From NCBI GenBank assembly GCA_043228905.1, contig JBHGNT010000009.1:11656001-11720000 (forward strand): a DNA stretch of 64,000 nt, in the 5' to 3' direction. Under the pieces are notes generated by a model that did no database searches, was not told where the DNA came from, and saw only the letters and a program-made list of their open reading frames with translations. Of the stretch, positions 13,815-26,279 are shown piece by piece (position 1 is the first letter of the stretch; each line of letters starts with the position of its first letter). Source of the stretch: Azolla caroliniana (taxonomy: Eukaryota > Plantae > Polypodiophyta). The position numbers and the translations under genes are program-made.

Positions 13815-16300
13815 ACGGCTCTTCATTTGGTTGTCCATCTCGACCCAATCCCTCATTCAACCCACTTAGCCGAAATGAGATTGGACTCTCTGTCAGAGCT
13901 TCGATTTCCTCATCACGCAGAGCCAGTTTGGCCTCGCTGACCTCTTCTTCAGAATTCGAATGGAGTCATGAGGTATTGGAGGCGAAGGCAAGTACGATGA
14001 AGCGGACTTGTCGAACACGACATCTCGGCTTACGGGAACTTTGTTTGTTCGGGGATTATAGCATTTATACCCCTTTTGCTCATCTGAATAGCCGACCAAG
14101 ATACACTTCTCGGCTTTGGAGTCCAGCTTCCTTCTCTTCTCTCCTTTGGCACATGCACATATGCAATGCTGCCGAAAATCGTCAAGTGTGCCAGGTTTGG
14201 TTTCTTCCCAAAATACAACTCATGTGGCGACACTCCACCATTAGCAGAAGTCCGATTATGCAAATAAACAGTCTGATTATGGCTTCAGCCCAGTAGAACT
14301 TCGTTATATGCTTCTCTTCAAGCATTGCCCTAGCGGTTTCTTCGATTGTCCGATTCTTCCGCTCGGCTACGGCGTATATCTAAATGAGAATTTGTGTCGA
14401 ATTCCCTCCTTTTGTAGATAACTCGTGAACTGGTCGGAGAAGTACTCCTTCCCGCCATCAGACCGTAGGCATTTAATGTTACGCCCTGTATCACTTTCTG
14501 GAAGGTTCTTTACCTTTAGGAAACATGCGAAGAATTCACTCTTCTTCGCGATCGTACTTGCCCAGGTATGCCGAGTGAAGTTATCGATGAAGGTTACAAA
14601 GTAACGGCAACAACCAAAACTCACATTCTGTGCCGGTTCCCACACATCCGAATGGATTAAGTCGAGTGGATTTCGACTTCGATTACGCTCGTTTGGGAAG
14701 GGAAGTTGGTTTTGCTTCCCTAGTTGGCAAGATTTTCAGACTTGACCATCCCGGCCACGAAATTTCGGCAAACCGAAAACAATGTTCTTCGTCTACATTT
14801 CACGAAGCCGTGGGAAGTTAACGTGGTCGAACCACTTGTGCCATAGGTCGATATCCGATTTGATCTTCTGTCCTTTTGCGAACAACACGGTTCCAGCTTG
14901 ATTGGTGTCGAGGATGAACATCCTCCCTTCACGACGCCCTTGCGCGATGACTTGGCCTTCCTCTTCGATTTAGCACCTAAGGTGCATGAATCGAACTTGC
15001 ATCCCCTGGTCGACGATCTGTCCAACCGACACCAGGTTCTTGGTTATTGTCGGGATGTGCAACACGTTCATGAGTTTCCCTTTCTGCCCGACATGGCTGA
15101 GGGGAACTTCGCCGACATGTTCGATGGTATGCGGAATGTCGTCTCCCGTTTCGACCACTCCTTGTTTTTCTAATTTCTCCAAGTACGAGAACCATTCCTC
15201 ATGACTCGTCATATGATTTGACACTCCGGAATCAACATACCACACGTCGCTCGATTTCGAGGTGTTCACGGCCATCGAATTGGCCTTGTGCTTCATTATG
15301 AAGGCTGGGCCTGATCCATTTTTGGGTCGTTTGGAGCCCTCGGCGTAGTGCGATTTCTGACGTCTTCCTCCATCTCTTCCGCTTGATTCGGCTTTGTCCG
15401 AATTAGCTCTTTTTTTCCAGCACTCGCTCTTTGTGTGGCCTTTCTTGCCACAACATCAACAATCCGTCACGGCCTTCTCTTGCTAGCTTCCGGCGCCGCT
15501 ATGACTCCCCTGCTTCCGGAGGGTTCGGAATTACTTCCAGCATTTCGATTATGCCGCACATTCTGCTTCTTTTGGATGCCTCCATTGCACGCCGATCCAC
15601 CTCGTCCGCCACGACCACGGGGCCTATCTTCCTTTGTGTACAACATCCTACCATCGGCATGCGTACTCATCGATGCACCTGCGTGATTTTCCTCCACGAG
15701 CAACATCGACTTAAGCTCAAAGAACGAAGGTGTATTCTCCCTTGTGCAGGCTACTGTTCGGAATGCATTTCTTCCTCCTCGACGTTCACGTTGATGGAGG
15801 CGAGAGAGTCGCAGATCTCCTTGATTCGGGCCGTGTAATCGGCCATAGATAGATCTTTTTGTCGGACATTGCTGAGCTCCTGCCTGAGTTGCAGCTTCCT
15901 AGTCGTTGTGCTAGTGGCAAAAATCCCCTTGAGATTCGCGCACGCGTCCTTTGGCGTCTGTAGCATCCCGAATGTAGTTCAAGAGTTGGTCGATCACACA
16001 GGATGCGAAGCAGTAAAGAAATCTGCTTGTCGCTTGTTCCCAAGCCGAAAAATCTCTGTGTGTCGATTCGGGTGCTGTATCATTAGCTCCTTCGACATAA
16101 CTCCAGTAACCATGACCAAGCAGGTACTGGTACATCTTGTACGACCAATACGCGTAGTTGCTCCTGTCGAGCTTCTTAGTGGGTAGCGAGCTTCCCATTC
16201 CTTTGTCCATATTGTTGTCTTATCCTTTACGAAAACAATAACTTAACTCTGTCTTTATTGCAAGCTTTTATGTCAGCTGCAGAGGAGTCTCAACCCTCGT

Positions 16301-16725
16301 GCTCTGATACCATGTAAAAGCATACGTGTGAGGAAGCGTATGCGAATGACATAGAGTACACAGTTCAGAAGTACGATTGTTCAGTAAAACGCAGAAATCA
16401 CAAAGGAGAGGGAGAGACAAAGAGAGCAGAAAGACAATTCTATACGATAAAAGATAACACTCTCTGTACATACTTCGTGCTCAGTGAGCACCATTTATAC
16501 AAGCCCTGACTATTGGGCTGACACAAGTACTTACAGTACTTGACCGCTCATAAATGAGCATCCTACACTTACTCCCAAATTTATTCCTTACGAGGAATAA
16601 CATTCTAACGGCCTCTCGGTTTACGCACCGCTACGGTCATATTGTGCGTACGGTTTTATGCACCCAGTCTACGCATTGGGTTACACAACCGTTTACGCAC
16701 CCAATGTTGAGCTTGTCTCTCAAGA
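16301..16725 (-). repeat. 5' LTR (16313-16725) and tRNA-Met PBS (16301-16312) of copia A
   Basis: Reverse complement reads ...TTTTACA then TGGTATCAGAGC. The LTR start tcttgagagacaagctcaaca matches the element C LTR start tgttgagagacaagctcaaca with one mismatch. Confidence 0.85.
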
Positions 16726-17098
16726 ACACTATTCACCTTTGGCAGGAGTTCTTTTCTAGCAAGCATTTGCATACCCTTTTGACTCATGTGGCATAGTCTC
16801 TTATGCCACAACCCACCAGTTGTGTCGGCTACCACGGTTACCTCGTTTCGGCATAGTCGTACATGCAATACATACAATATATTTTTCTTTTTAGCATAAG
16901 CCACCATTAGGTTCCCTTTGCAGAATTTGCAACTTCCATTTCAAAAGCTACCACAATAACCTTCATCGTCGAGTCATCCGACTGATATTAGATTCAGTCT
17001 AATATCCGGTACATGGCATACGTCCTTGAGTACCGTTCTACAACCTATCGATGTCAGCAAACATACATTTCTGATTCCCATAATCCGGCATGCGCTGT
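16726..17098 (-). mobile_element. Fragment of a Tnt1/Tork-like copia (protease to pre-integrase) related to element D; apparent host of copia A
   Basis: HVPDIRLNLISVG and GGLWHKRLCHMSQKGM align with HVPEVRLNLISAG and GELWHKRLCHMSEKGM of ORF 34301-38386. Confidence 0.85.
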
Positions 17099-18226
17099 TG
17101 TCGTGAAGATTACCGGCCATAAGGGGAAAACAGGGTCGGACGTGCGTGAACGGGGGTGTGCAAGGATGCACACGAACTAGGCCTTATGTGTACATAAAAC
17201 ATTGTAAATATTGTAGGAATAATAAGTACTAGGTAGTGTGATTTGGATGGGTACTTTAATGGCCCACAAAATGAGAGGAATAAGTGTGTAGGGAAGAAAA
17301 CAAGGGGAGAATATCTGACCAAATCGGTTTCCTTTAACGTGATGTAACGGCCTCCCCTTCTGCTATAAAAGGGGCGGATTTGAATTATCGAAGGCATCCA
17401 TCGTTTTGGAGGGAGAGGTGCTGTCGGTTTGTGATCCGGAGCTCTGTTGTTCTCCTTGTTTTGCTCTCTGCTGATTCGGAAGGAAGGTGAGGCCTTTGCT
17501 TGCACAGGAAGCCTGTGTGCTCTCGATCAGAGGCTCATCGCTCTGTGTGTGTGGGTGCATGTAGAGCTCGAATCTTTGTTATCAGCTGAGTCTGATTGTA
17601 TTCCTTGGCTGTTTAATCCATTTCGTTTGTTGTGCTTGATTCTTCTCTTGGTGTCAAGCCCGTATTGTCCTTTCTGTTTCCCATTCCCCTCGTGCGTTGT
17701 CTGTGTTTCCGAGCACATGTGCTCATTAGCAGATATCCGGATGCTGATTCAGAATAGCATACGCATCTGAGCCCGAGTGCTCATCGTTCGGTAACCCGTG
17801 ACCAGTCCGGATCGGTAGCGTGCCCGAGCCCGTGTGCCGGTGAAGTTATCCGGAAATGGTCAAGTTAAACTCCTCACTCTCTCTCACCGGCTCCTTCATT
17901 CAAGACCCCGATGGTCATGCCCCATTCCGACACATACAGGTGGATTACTATGATATCTTTGGTGAGGCCGACGTGAAAGGGACGACAAAGGAGTCTAAAA
18001 TGAGGGGGAGCGAACTTGTGGAAGCAATGGTCATGGCTGTCGACCATTTAGTAAACACATGGGAGAGCGTGGGTGGCCTCGATAGGTCCATATAAATGAT
18101 TGTCGGCATCATAGGCCGATTTAATGGAAAGGACATGGCAAGCTACCTGGAGGTATACAGGGCTGAAATGATAGTGAGGGACATCCTGGAGGACAAACGA
18201 CTGTTCGGATTCCCACGGGTTGTAAC
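17099..18226 (+). mobile_element. Probable LTR (about 17099-17836) plus start of a gag from a different gypsy-like element, truncated
   Basis: Begins TGTCGTG where the copia similarity stops. TATAAAAGGGG near 17364. Followed by a gag-like frame (IIGRFNGKDMASYLEVYRAEMIVRDI). The LTR end and PBS are not clearly resolved. Confidence 0.5.
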
Positions 18227-21210
18227 TTTCTACACAAGGATTTGTGGGTAACTCCGGAGTTTCGAATACACACCACCGAGGATGATAGCTTGTATAAGCA
18301 TAAAATGGTGTAAACCTAGTTGATGAGTGGACAAAGTTATTATATGCAAATTCGGCAAAGTGGAGAATATCCACCCAGTCATCTTGTAGGTAGCTTAGAA
18401 AACACCAAAGATATTGTTCCAACGTTTGATTTGTTTGTTTTGCTTGTCCATCTATTTGTGCGTGGTAGACGGAGGAGAGGTTACAAGTGACCTTGAGCAT
18501 TTTGAAGAGATGCTTCCAGAATTTTGAGACGAATTGGGGTCCACAGTCCCTGATGATACTATCGGGGAGGCCATGATGCCGACATACCTCACCCATGACA
18601 GTTTCAGCAGTTACTTCACTAGTGATTTCCTTAGTACAAGGTAGAAAATGTGCCATCTTCGTATATCGATCTACTATTGTTAAGATTGCATCGAATCCCT
18701 TTGAAACTAGAAGATTTGTGATGAAATCTAGAGAAATAGATTTCCACGGCTTGGAATTGGTAATGGTTCCAATAAACCATATGGATGATGTCTTGGCGTC
18801 TTTGCTTTGCAACATGTATCACACGTCCGAACATAGTCTTCGAAATATCATCACATATGAGGCCATCGGAATGATCGTTGTACAAAACCGGTTTCGAAAG
18901 ATGCTCGAAAGGCATGAGAAAGCCTTTGCCTTCTTGTCAGGGGAGATTGCTATATCATGACACAACCCCCCCCCCCCCCCCTTGAGATGACGAGTGTGAC
19001 GAGTCGTCTTAGATGGAGCACCTGGCTTGTCGGGATATTGCGGATGAAAGTCCTCAACAAGAGTTCAAGCATTTACCACATTCTCCACTGGTTCCCAAGT
19101 ACGCTCGCTTGGACCATAGCCTAGCAAATCGACCAAATAGTAAAGCTTGTTGCGAAATTTTTTGGAATCGAGGATGGCTTGATTAGGGGTGGAGGTGGTG
19201 TAATACGATTTGGAATAGTGTTGTCTTGATACGGTTCAAGAAGAGAACTATGAAAAACCGGATTTATCTGTAGTTGGGGAGGTAGATCAAGACGAAAAGC
19301 AACATCATTAATTTTTCCGATAATACGGAAAGGACCTAATCGTCGATAGTCCAATTTATCGCATGGGTGAGTAGTCTTGATGTATCGCCGTAATAGCCAT
19401 ACCCAATCTCCAATGTTAAACTTGAATGGAAGCCGATGATGATCCACATAATTCTTCTGTGTTTGTTGAGCTTGTTGTAAATGAGTAGATAAGTTTGCAT
19501 GTATTTTGTGCAACTCTAAACGATCCTCTACACAAGGATTTGTGGGTAACTTTGTTACCCGTAAGAATGTACGGGGAAGCATAAGGGTATGTGTAATGAT
19601 GTGGTTGATGTGTATGTGTAAAGTAAATGAGTGTGTGGGGATGAGAATGTGTATGGACACATGCACAAGCATGTTTACAAGAATGTGTAATGGTCTTATT
19701 TATAACAGTCATGTAACTGTTACATTGGATGTATTATATAAACCCCCTATGGGGTATGTAATGAATAACTTTTTCCCTCTCATTTTGGTGGTATTTCTTT
19801 GTTTCACTCTCCTTCTCTCTCTCCCACACGTAACCCCTTTGGAAGGGGGGTGAAGCCCACCCCGACAACAAATTCCGGAGTTTCGAATACACACCACCGA
19901 GGATGATAGCTTGTATAAGCATAAAATGGTGTAAACCTAGTCGATGAGTGGACAAAGGTATTATATGCAAATTCAAAAAAGTGGAGAATATCCACCCAAT
20001 CATCTTGTTGGTAGCTTAGAAAACATTGAAGATATTGTTCCAGCATTTGATTTGTTCATTCTGCTTGTCCATCTATTTGTGCGTGATAGCCAGAGGAGAG
20101 GTTACAAGTGACCTTGAGTATTTTGAAGAGATGCTTCTAGAATTTGGAGACGAATTGGGGTCCACATTCGTTGATGATACTATCGGGGAGGCCATGATGC
20201 CGACATACCTCACCCATGACAGTTTTAGCGGTTACTTCACTAGTGATTTCCTTAGTACAAGGTAGAAAATGTGCCATCTTCGTATATCGATCTACTATTG
20301 TTAAGATTGCATCGAATCCCTTTGAAACTAGAAGATCTATGATGAAATCTAGAGAAATGGATTTCCACGGCTTGGAATTGGTAATGGTTCCAATAAACCA
20401 TATGGATGATGTCTTGGCATCTTTGCTTTGCAACATGTATCACACATTTGAACATAGTCTTCCAAATATCATCGCATATGAAGCCACCAGAATGATCATT
20501 GTACTAAATCTAATGTTTTAGTAAACTACTGAAATGCCCTGATGTGTATGTGTCATGACAATTTTGGATTACTTGAAGGCGACAAGAACCATAAGAAACA
20601 TACAAGAGTTTGAAACTAGAAGATCTGTAATGAAATCTAGAGAAATGGAATTCCACGGCTTGGAATTGGTAATGGTTCCAATAAACCATATGGATGATGT
20701 CTTGGCATCTTTGCTCTGAAACATGTATCACACGTCCGAACATAGTCTTCGACAAATCATCGTATATGAGGCCACCAGAATGATTGTTGTACTAAATCTA
20801 ATGTCTTAGTACAACTGAAATGCCCCGATGTATATGTGTCATGACAATTTTGGATTACTCAAAGGCGACATGAACCATAAGAAACATACAAGAGTTTCTT
20901 AAAGAATAGTAATCCATCATGACATTCGAATTGTCGATAGTCCGTACCTGGTTGTTGCGAGTGTGAACAAGATGCTTGAGAGGGATCAATTTGTGCTAAA
21001 ATGGCTTGAGCGAAAGCGCATGTCTTCAAGTCTTCACGTATGGTATCGATAATGTGGGAATCCAATGGTGTATTGAAAACCCACGTTGCTTGATGTCATG
21101 TCGGTCCTAGGATTACTTGCTTTTGATTATCAAATGTTGGCTCACAGGGACGCGGTGCTAGATACGAGCATCGTGATAACACATTTGCCCTCCCTTGCTG
21201 CTTCCTAGGG
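18227..21210 (-). mobile_element. Rearranged fragments of a second chromovirus of the 8085-13814 family
   Basis: Integrase core (WKSISLDFI...DRYTKMAHFLPC) is present twice plus a partial third copy. The chromodomain end, a G-run PPT (18966-18981) and the LTR start TGTCATGATAT (from 18962) lie on the minus strand. Confidence 0.88.
19553..19870. mobile_element. Solo LTR, 318 bp
   Basis: TGTTACC...ACAACA flanked by AACTT/AATTC. The uninterrupted paralogous site near 18248 reads ggtAACTCcggag, giving an ancestral 5-bp TSD AACTC. Confidence 0.8.
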
Positions 21211-21212
21211 CT

Positions 21213-24200
21213 AGCGTCGACATTTGGATCATTCCAAACGGCGGTCTACACGAGGGAGAATACAACATCGTTCTTCGAGCTACAATCGATGTTGCTCATA
21301 GAAGAGAACCACACAGGTGCGTCAATGAGCGTGCACGTCGATAGCAAGATGTTGTACATGTAGGCAGAGAGGTCCCGTGGTCATGGTGAACGAGGTTGGT
21401 CAACACGCAATGGAAGCAGTTGACAAGAGTAGAATCAGAGGCACAACGAAAATGTCAATAGTAGGTCCGGACCCTCCACAAGGAGGGGGAAGGCCGCAAA
21501 AGATTGCTTGTACTATGGTCGGAAGGGCAACAAAGAGAGTGAGTGTTGGATGAAGCACACCGATTCAGATAGAACCAGGGAGACGCAGATAGGTGTCATA
21601 GGTCATAATTTGCTGAAGGCTCAGGTGGAGCTGAAACGGGCCCCGCACTCGTGATGAAGCACAAAGCTAATTGGATGGGTGCACATAATACGAAGCCAAA
21701 GGAGGTTTGGTATGTTTATTCCAAAGCGTCAAATCACATGATGAACCATGTTGAATGGTTCTCAAGTTTGGAAAAACTGGAAAAACCAAGAGTTGTCGAG
21801 ACCGACAACAACACCGTGCACCCCATCAAACATGTGGGTGGCGTACCGCTCAGCCATGTCGGAGAGAAAGGGGTGATGTGGAACGTGTTGCATGTCCCGA
21901 CAATTGCAAATAACTTGATATCTGTCAGACAGATTGTCGACCAAGGCATGCAAGTCCGATTTAATCACCACGCCTTCTTCATCGAATACGAGGGTCGGTT
22001 GATACCATGAGGGCGCAAAGATGGGAGGATGTTTATCCTCAAAATAGATGATGTTGGCACCAAAATGTTTGCAAAAGGACAAAAGGTTGAATCCGACATT
22101 GACCTGTGGCACAAGTGGATCAACCACATCAATTATGAAAAGCTTCAAAAACATCAGTTGAAGCAAGTGGTTTCCGGATTGCCGAAGTTCAGTGGCCAGA
22201 GGGCCAAAATATGCGAAGCTTGTCAACTTGAGAAGCAACATAGGCTTCCATTCCCCAATGAGAAGAATCGGAGCCAGAATCAATTTGATATAATCCACAC
22301 AGATGTATGGAGTCAGCAAGTTGCGTGAGCATGTGCGAGAGTTGATATTTCATCTCGTTCATTGACGACTTCGGCTGACACACTTGTTAGAAATATGTCC
22401 CTCATATGGGAAATAGTCAACTGGTCGGGCCAAGGAGGAGTTGACAGAAAGAGACAAGAAAGAGTCGACAACATAGGGAAATAGCTGATCCAATTCGAAA
22501 AGAGTCGACTAGTCGAGCCGACTGGAAAATCGACCTAGGAGTCGATTAGTCGGCTAATCAACTGAGATATAACAATAATAATAATAATAAATGTTATGTT
22601 TGTAAATAGCCCATATTGTGTATGGGTATATATATACACCTAGGGAAAACATAGTGTGTTGAAGGTAATGTAGAAAATAACGAAGCGTGTCTATGTAGAC
22701 TGTAACAGAGAGTGTAGGAAGAGAGAGAGTGTGTGAGTGAGTGGCATCATAGCTGTGTGATAGCAGACGCCAAGAGCCCTGTGTGGCTAATACACTTTGT
22801 ACCAAGAGAGTGTTGTAAACCATTCTTCCTTGTATATCTCTGTCGTAGTAGTTATTCTCTGTTGCCCATGATTTTCCCTTTGTTTAGGGTTTCCACATAA
22901 AATATTGTGTATTCTGTCTACATTGTTGTTGTTTTATGTTTCTGCATTGTATACTTAGCATATCTTTCACAAATCTATAGTCTACTCCTCTACAACACTT
23001 GGGTGTACCTCATCGAGAAGAAAAGCGAAGTTTTCTCCTGTTTCCGGGACCTGAAAAGTCTAGTTGAGAGGGAAATAGAGAGGAAGAGCAAGTCTTTGCG
23101 GTTGGATGGTGGAAAACAATACTTTTCCAGCCAGGTCACCAACTATCTGCAGACAAAGGGAATCTGGTGGGAGTTCTCTTGCAGATACACGGCCGAGTAG
23201 AACGGTGTGGCCGAGGGATGGAACCGGACAATGGTAGAAGCGGCCTGGGATCTATTGGGCTGAAGCAATCTGGACGACCGTCTATATACAGAATTAGATC
23301 TCTGCCCCCGAAGTGAAGATGTCAACACATGAGTTGTATTTTGGGCATAGGCCAAATTTGGGAGATATGAGGGTATTCTACAACATTGCTTATGTACATG
23401 TGCCAAACGAGAAGCGAAGAAAGTTGGATGCCAAGGCCGAGAAGTGTATCTTAGTCGGCTACTCACATGAGTAGACGGGTTATAAGTGTTATAACCTCTG
23501 AATGAAATAGGTTCGAATGAGTCATGATGTTGTCTTTGATGAATCCACGTCGTCGTATTCAATTCCGTCTCCGACCCCCAAAGACTCTGAGCCAATTGTT
23601 GGAGGTGAGGTCAGTGAGGCCGACTCTCTAAATGAGGGAGACATTGGAACTCTAGAAGAAAGTCTGATCTCATTCTGTCTAAGTGGGCCGAATGAGTGAC
23701 TGAGTTGGAACGACCAATCAGATGATGAGCCGGCGAGTAGTGGAGACTCGCCCGTGTAGTCCCCATGCCAGAAACCGAGGAGACGGTTTACACGCAAAGA
23801 GAAGGGGAAGATGAAGATGTCTGAGTACGATGCAGAGGCCGGTGCATTGGATCGGAGTGAATCGGACAAAGCTAGAAGCATCGAAGAACCTTCGGAGTTG
23901 AGGTCTAATGTGGCCAAAAGGGCCATAAAATCGGCCAACTAGAAGTTGTGCAGATCCAACCGTCAGAAGAACCCCATAATCTGATACGGGTACAATGAAT
24001 ATATGGTGCATCACTAGGTGTATATAGCAAAGGTGGCGAAAGTGCATGAGCCGGAGAGGTACGCGACATCGGCGAACGTCACGCATTGGCGTGCCGCTAT
24101 GGAGGAAGAAACGCACACATTAACAAAAGACAAGACGTGGGACTTGGTTGACACCACAAAGGGTGTGAAGCCAATCGGATTCCGGTGGGTATATAAAGTT

Positions 24201-25690
24201 AAATACAACGTTGATGGCTCCATCAACCAATACAAGGCCCGACTGGTGGCCAAGGGCTACACGCATCAACACGGCATCGATTACGATGAGATGTTTGCGC
24301 TGAACCTGAAGATGATGACCATCCGTGTCTTGCTAATGGTAGTCGCGGCCAAGGGATGGCACCTACACCAAATAGACGTGAAGAATGCATTCCTGCAAGG
24401 AGAGCTTGAGGAACAAGTGTACATGGTGCAGTTTCCCAATTTTCAGTCCAGATTGGACACGTCGGCCGTTTGCCAACTGAAGAAGTCCTTCTACGAACTT
24501 AAGCAAGCCCCTCGTGCCTAGAACACCAAGATCACGCAGAGGTTGCGTACGATGAGGTTTGCTCCGTCAAAATCAGACTCTTCACTATTCATCCAGCCGG
24601 GTTTGAATGGGTTGGTTCGCATTCTGCTTTATGTTGATGACTTGGTCATCACCAGTGCCGATCGGGATGAGATCGGTAGCGTGAAGTCTCTGCTAGCAGC
24701 ATCATTTGAGATGATGGATATGGGGGACCCTCACTACTTCTTCGGTATCGAAGTGATCCACACCCCCAAAGGCATATTGATCAGTCAACGACATTATGTG
24801 CTGAGTATGCTCTTCAAGTTCGGGATGGCGGATTGTAAATCCGTCTCAACTCCTCTGGACTAGAATGTCAAGCTTTACCCTGAATTGCGAACGGCATGCA
24901 ATCCGACACGGTTCCGATAGATTGTCGAAAGCCTGATATATCTGACTATCAATCGTCCACACCTCAGCTATCCAATTGGTCTGATCAGTCAATTTTTGTC
25001 GCAACCAACGATTGACCACCTTCAGTGTGTGCATCGAATCTTGCGATATGTGAGCGGCATGAAGGATAGAGCACTGCTATATCAGGTAGGTGTAGCCGAA
25101 CAATTAGTCAGCTACACGGATGCCGACTAGGCCGGAAATGCTCACGATCATCGATGAACTTCAGGATACATTTTTTCCTTAGGAAGTGTGACGATTGCAT
25201 GGAGCACCAAGAAACTTCCGATAGTAGCACTATCAAGTATTGAGGCTGAATATAGAGGAGCGGTTGTCGCAATATGCGAAGCCATATGGCTCAAGAGGCT
25301 CTTGAATTAGAAACCGATAGTGATATACTGCGACAACCTCAACAACATCTAACTTGAGAAGAACCCTATTTTCCACACTTGGACCAAGCACATTGTTGTG
25401 CATTATCATTTTTTCTGTGAGTGTGTCCTCTCCAGTGAAGTGGAACTTGTATATGTTCCGACGGATCGGCAAGTTGCTGACATCTTCACCAAACCTCTCG
25501 ACCTCGACAAGTTGCAGTAATTTTCAAGTATGCTTGGTTTGCAGCACCTCGACATGCCGAACTTTAGGGGGTGAAGTCGTGAAATCGAGAGCGAGAAGGA
25601 GAGATATGGAGTCCGGAAAGCCGAATCGGATGTTGAATTTGATTTCGAGACGGCTAAAGAAGTTGAGGACTTCTTGATCTTTTTCGAATG
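21213..25690 (+). mobile_element. Ty1/copia element B (A/C family): heavily degenerate internal region, no own LTRs
   Basis: Collinear with element C from mid-gag through protease, integrase, RT (LLYVDD) and RNase H, with many stops. Confidence 0.88.
22385..22994 (+). mobile_element. Solo LTR, 610 bp, inserted in the integrase region of B
   Basis: TGTTAGAAAT...CTCTACA with a perfect TSD ACACT (22380-22384 and 22995-22999). The integrase sequence resumes afterwards. Confidence 0.92.
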
Positions 25691-25698
25691 GCTCACAT

Positions 25699-26279
25699 TG
25701 GTAGAGAACCTTTTGTTGAGAAATCGATGCGGAATAGATCACAATAAACAAACTACGCACTGAAATACAATTTACAGAAATGCCAGAAAAAAACAAGATG
25801 AACAATGGTGCATAGGGATTTACGTGGAAACCCTAAAGCGGGGAAAAACCACGGGTGAACAGATTTCTTCACTATACAAAGTGGATCTACAACACTGAGA
25901 GGAGTACAACACTCTATCGAGTGTATCAGCCGCACAGGGCTCTTCGCGTCTGTTGTCACTCACACAGCTATGGCGCGGCTCACACACACACACTCTCTCT
26001 CTCTCTCCTGCACACAACGACTTCTATTCTTACACTGTTCTATTCTACCTTTAAAGTTTTCCCTAGTTGCATGTATACTTACACAACTTTTCTGGCTATT
26101 TGCATACGTAGCCCTCATGGGGCGCAGACTTAGACTATTTACAAGTATAGTCTCCTGAGTCGGCTATTTACACGATTCTGGTTTTGGCCGAGGCCGAGTC
26201 CCTCATCAACTCGGCTCCTCGACAGTCGGCTTTCCGAATAATCGGCTCTTCCTCCCACTGGAGGGACATATTCCCAACA
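25699..26279 (-). mobile_element. LTR related to the 22385-22994 solo LTR, opposite strand, no TSD
   Basis: Reverse complement starts tgttgggaatatgtccctc (compare tgttagaaatatgtccctc) and shares internal blocks (cagacgc.aagagccctgtg.ggct.atacact; tagggtttccac.taaa). Flanks are unrelated to each other. Confidence 0.75.

Larger units (their letters stand above)
6035..16725 (-). mobile_element. Ty1/copia element A: degenerate, 3'-truncated, interrupted by a chromovirus at 8085-13814
   Basis: Minus-strand order is LTR (16725-16313), PBS, gag (KLDRSNYAYWSYKM), protease (WYVDSG), integrase (CLRSDGGKEY), RT ([12 protein letters not shown]) and RNase H (GYTDADW...SSTEAEY). Many stops and frameshifts. 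Similarity to element C ends near 6035 with no 3' LTR. Confidence 0.9.
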
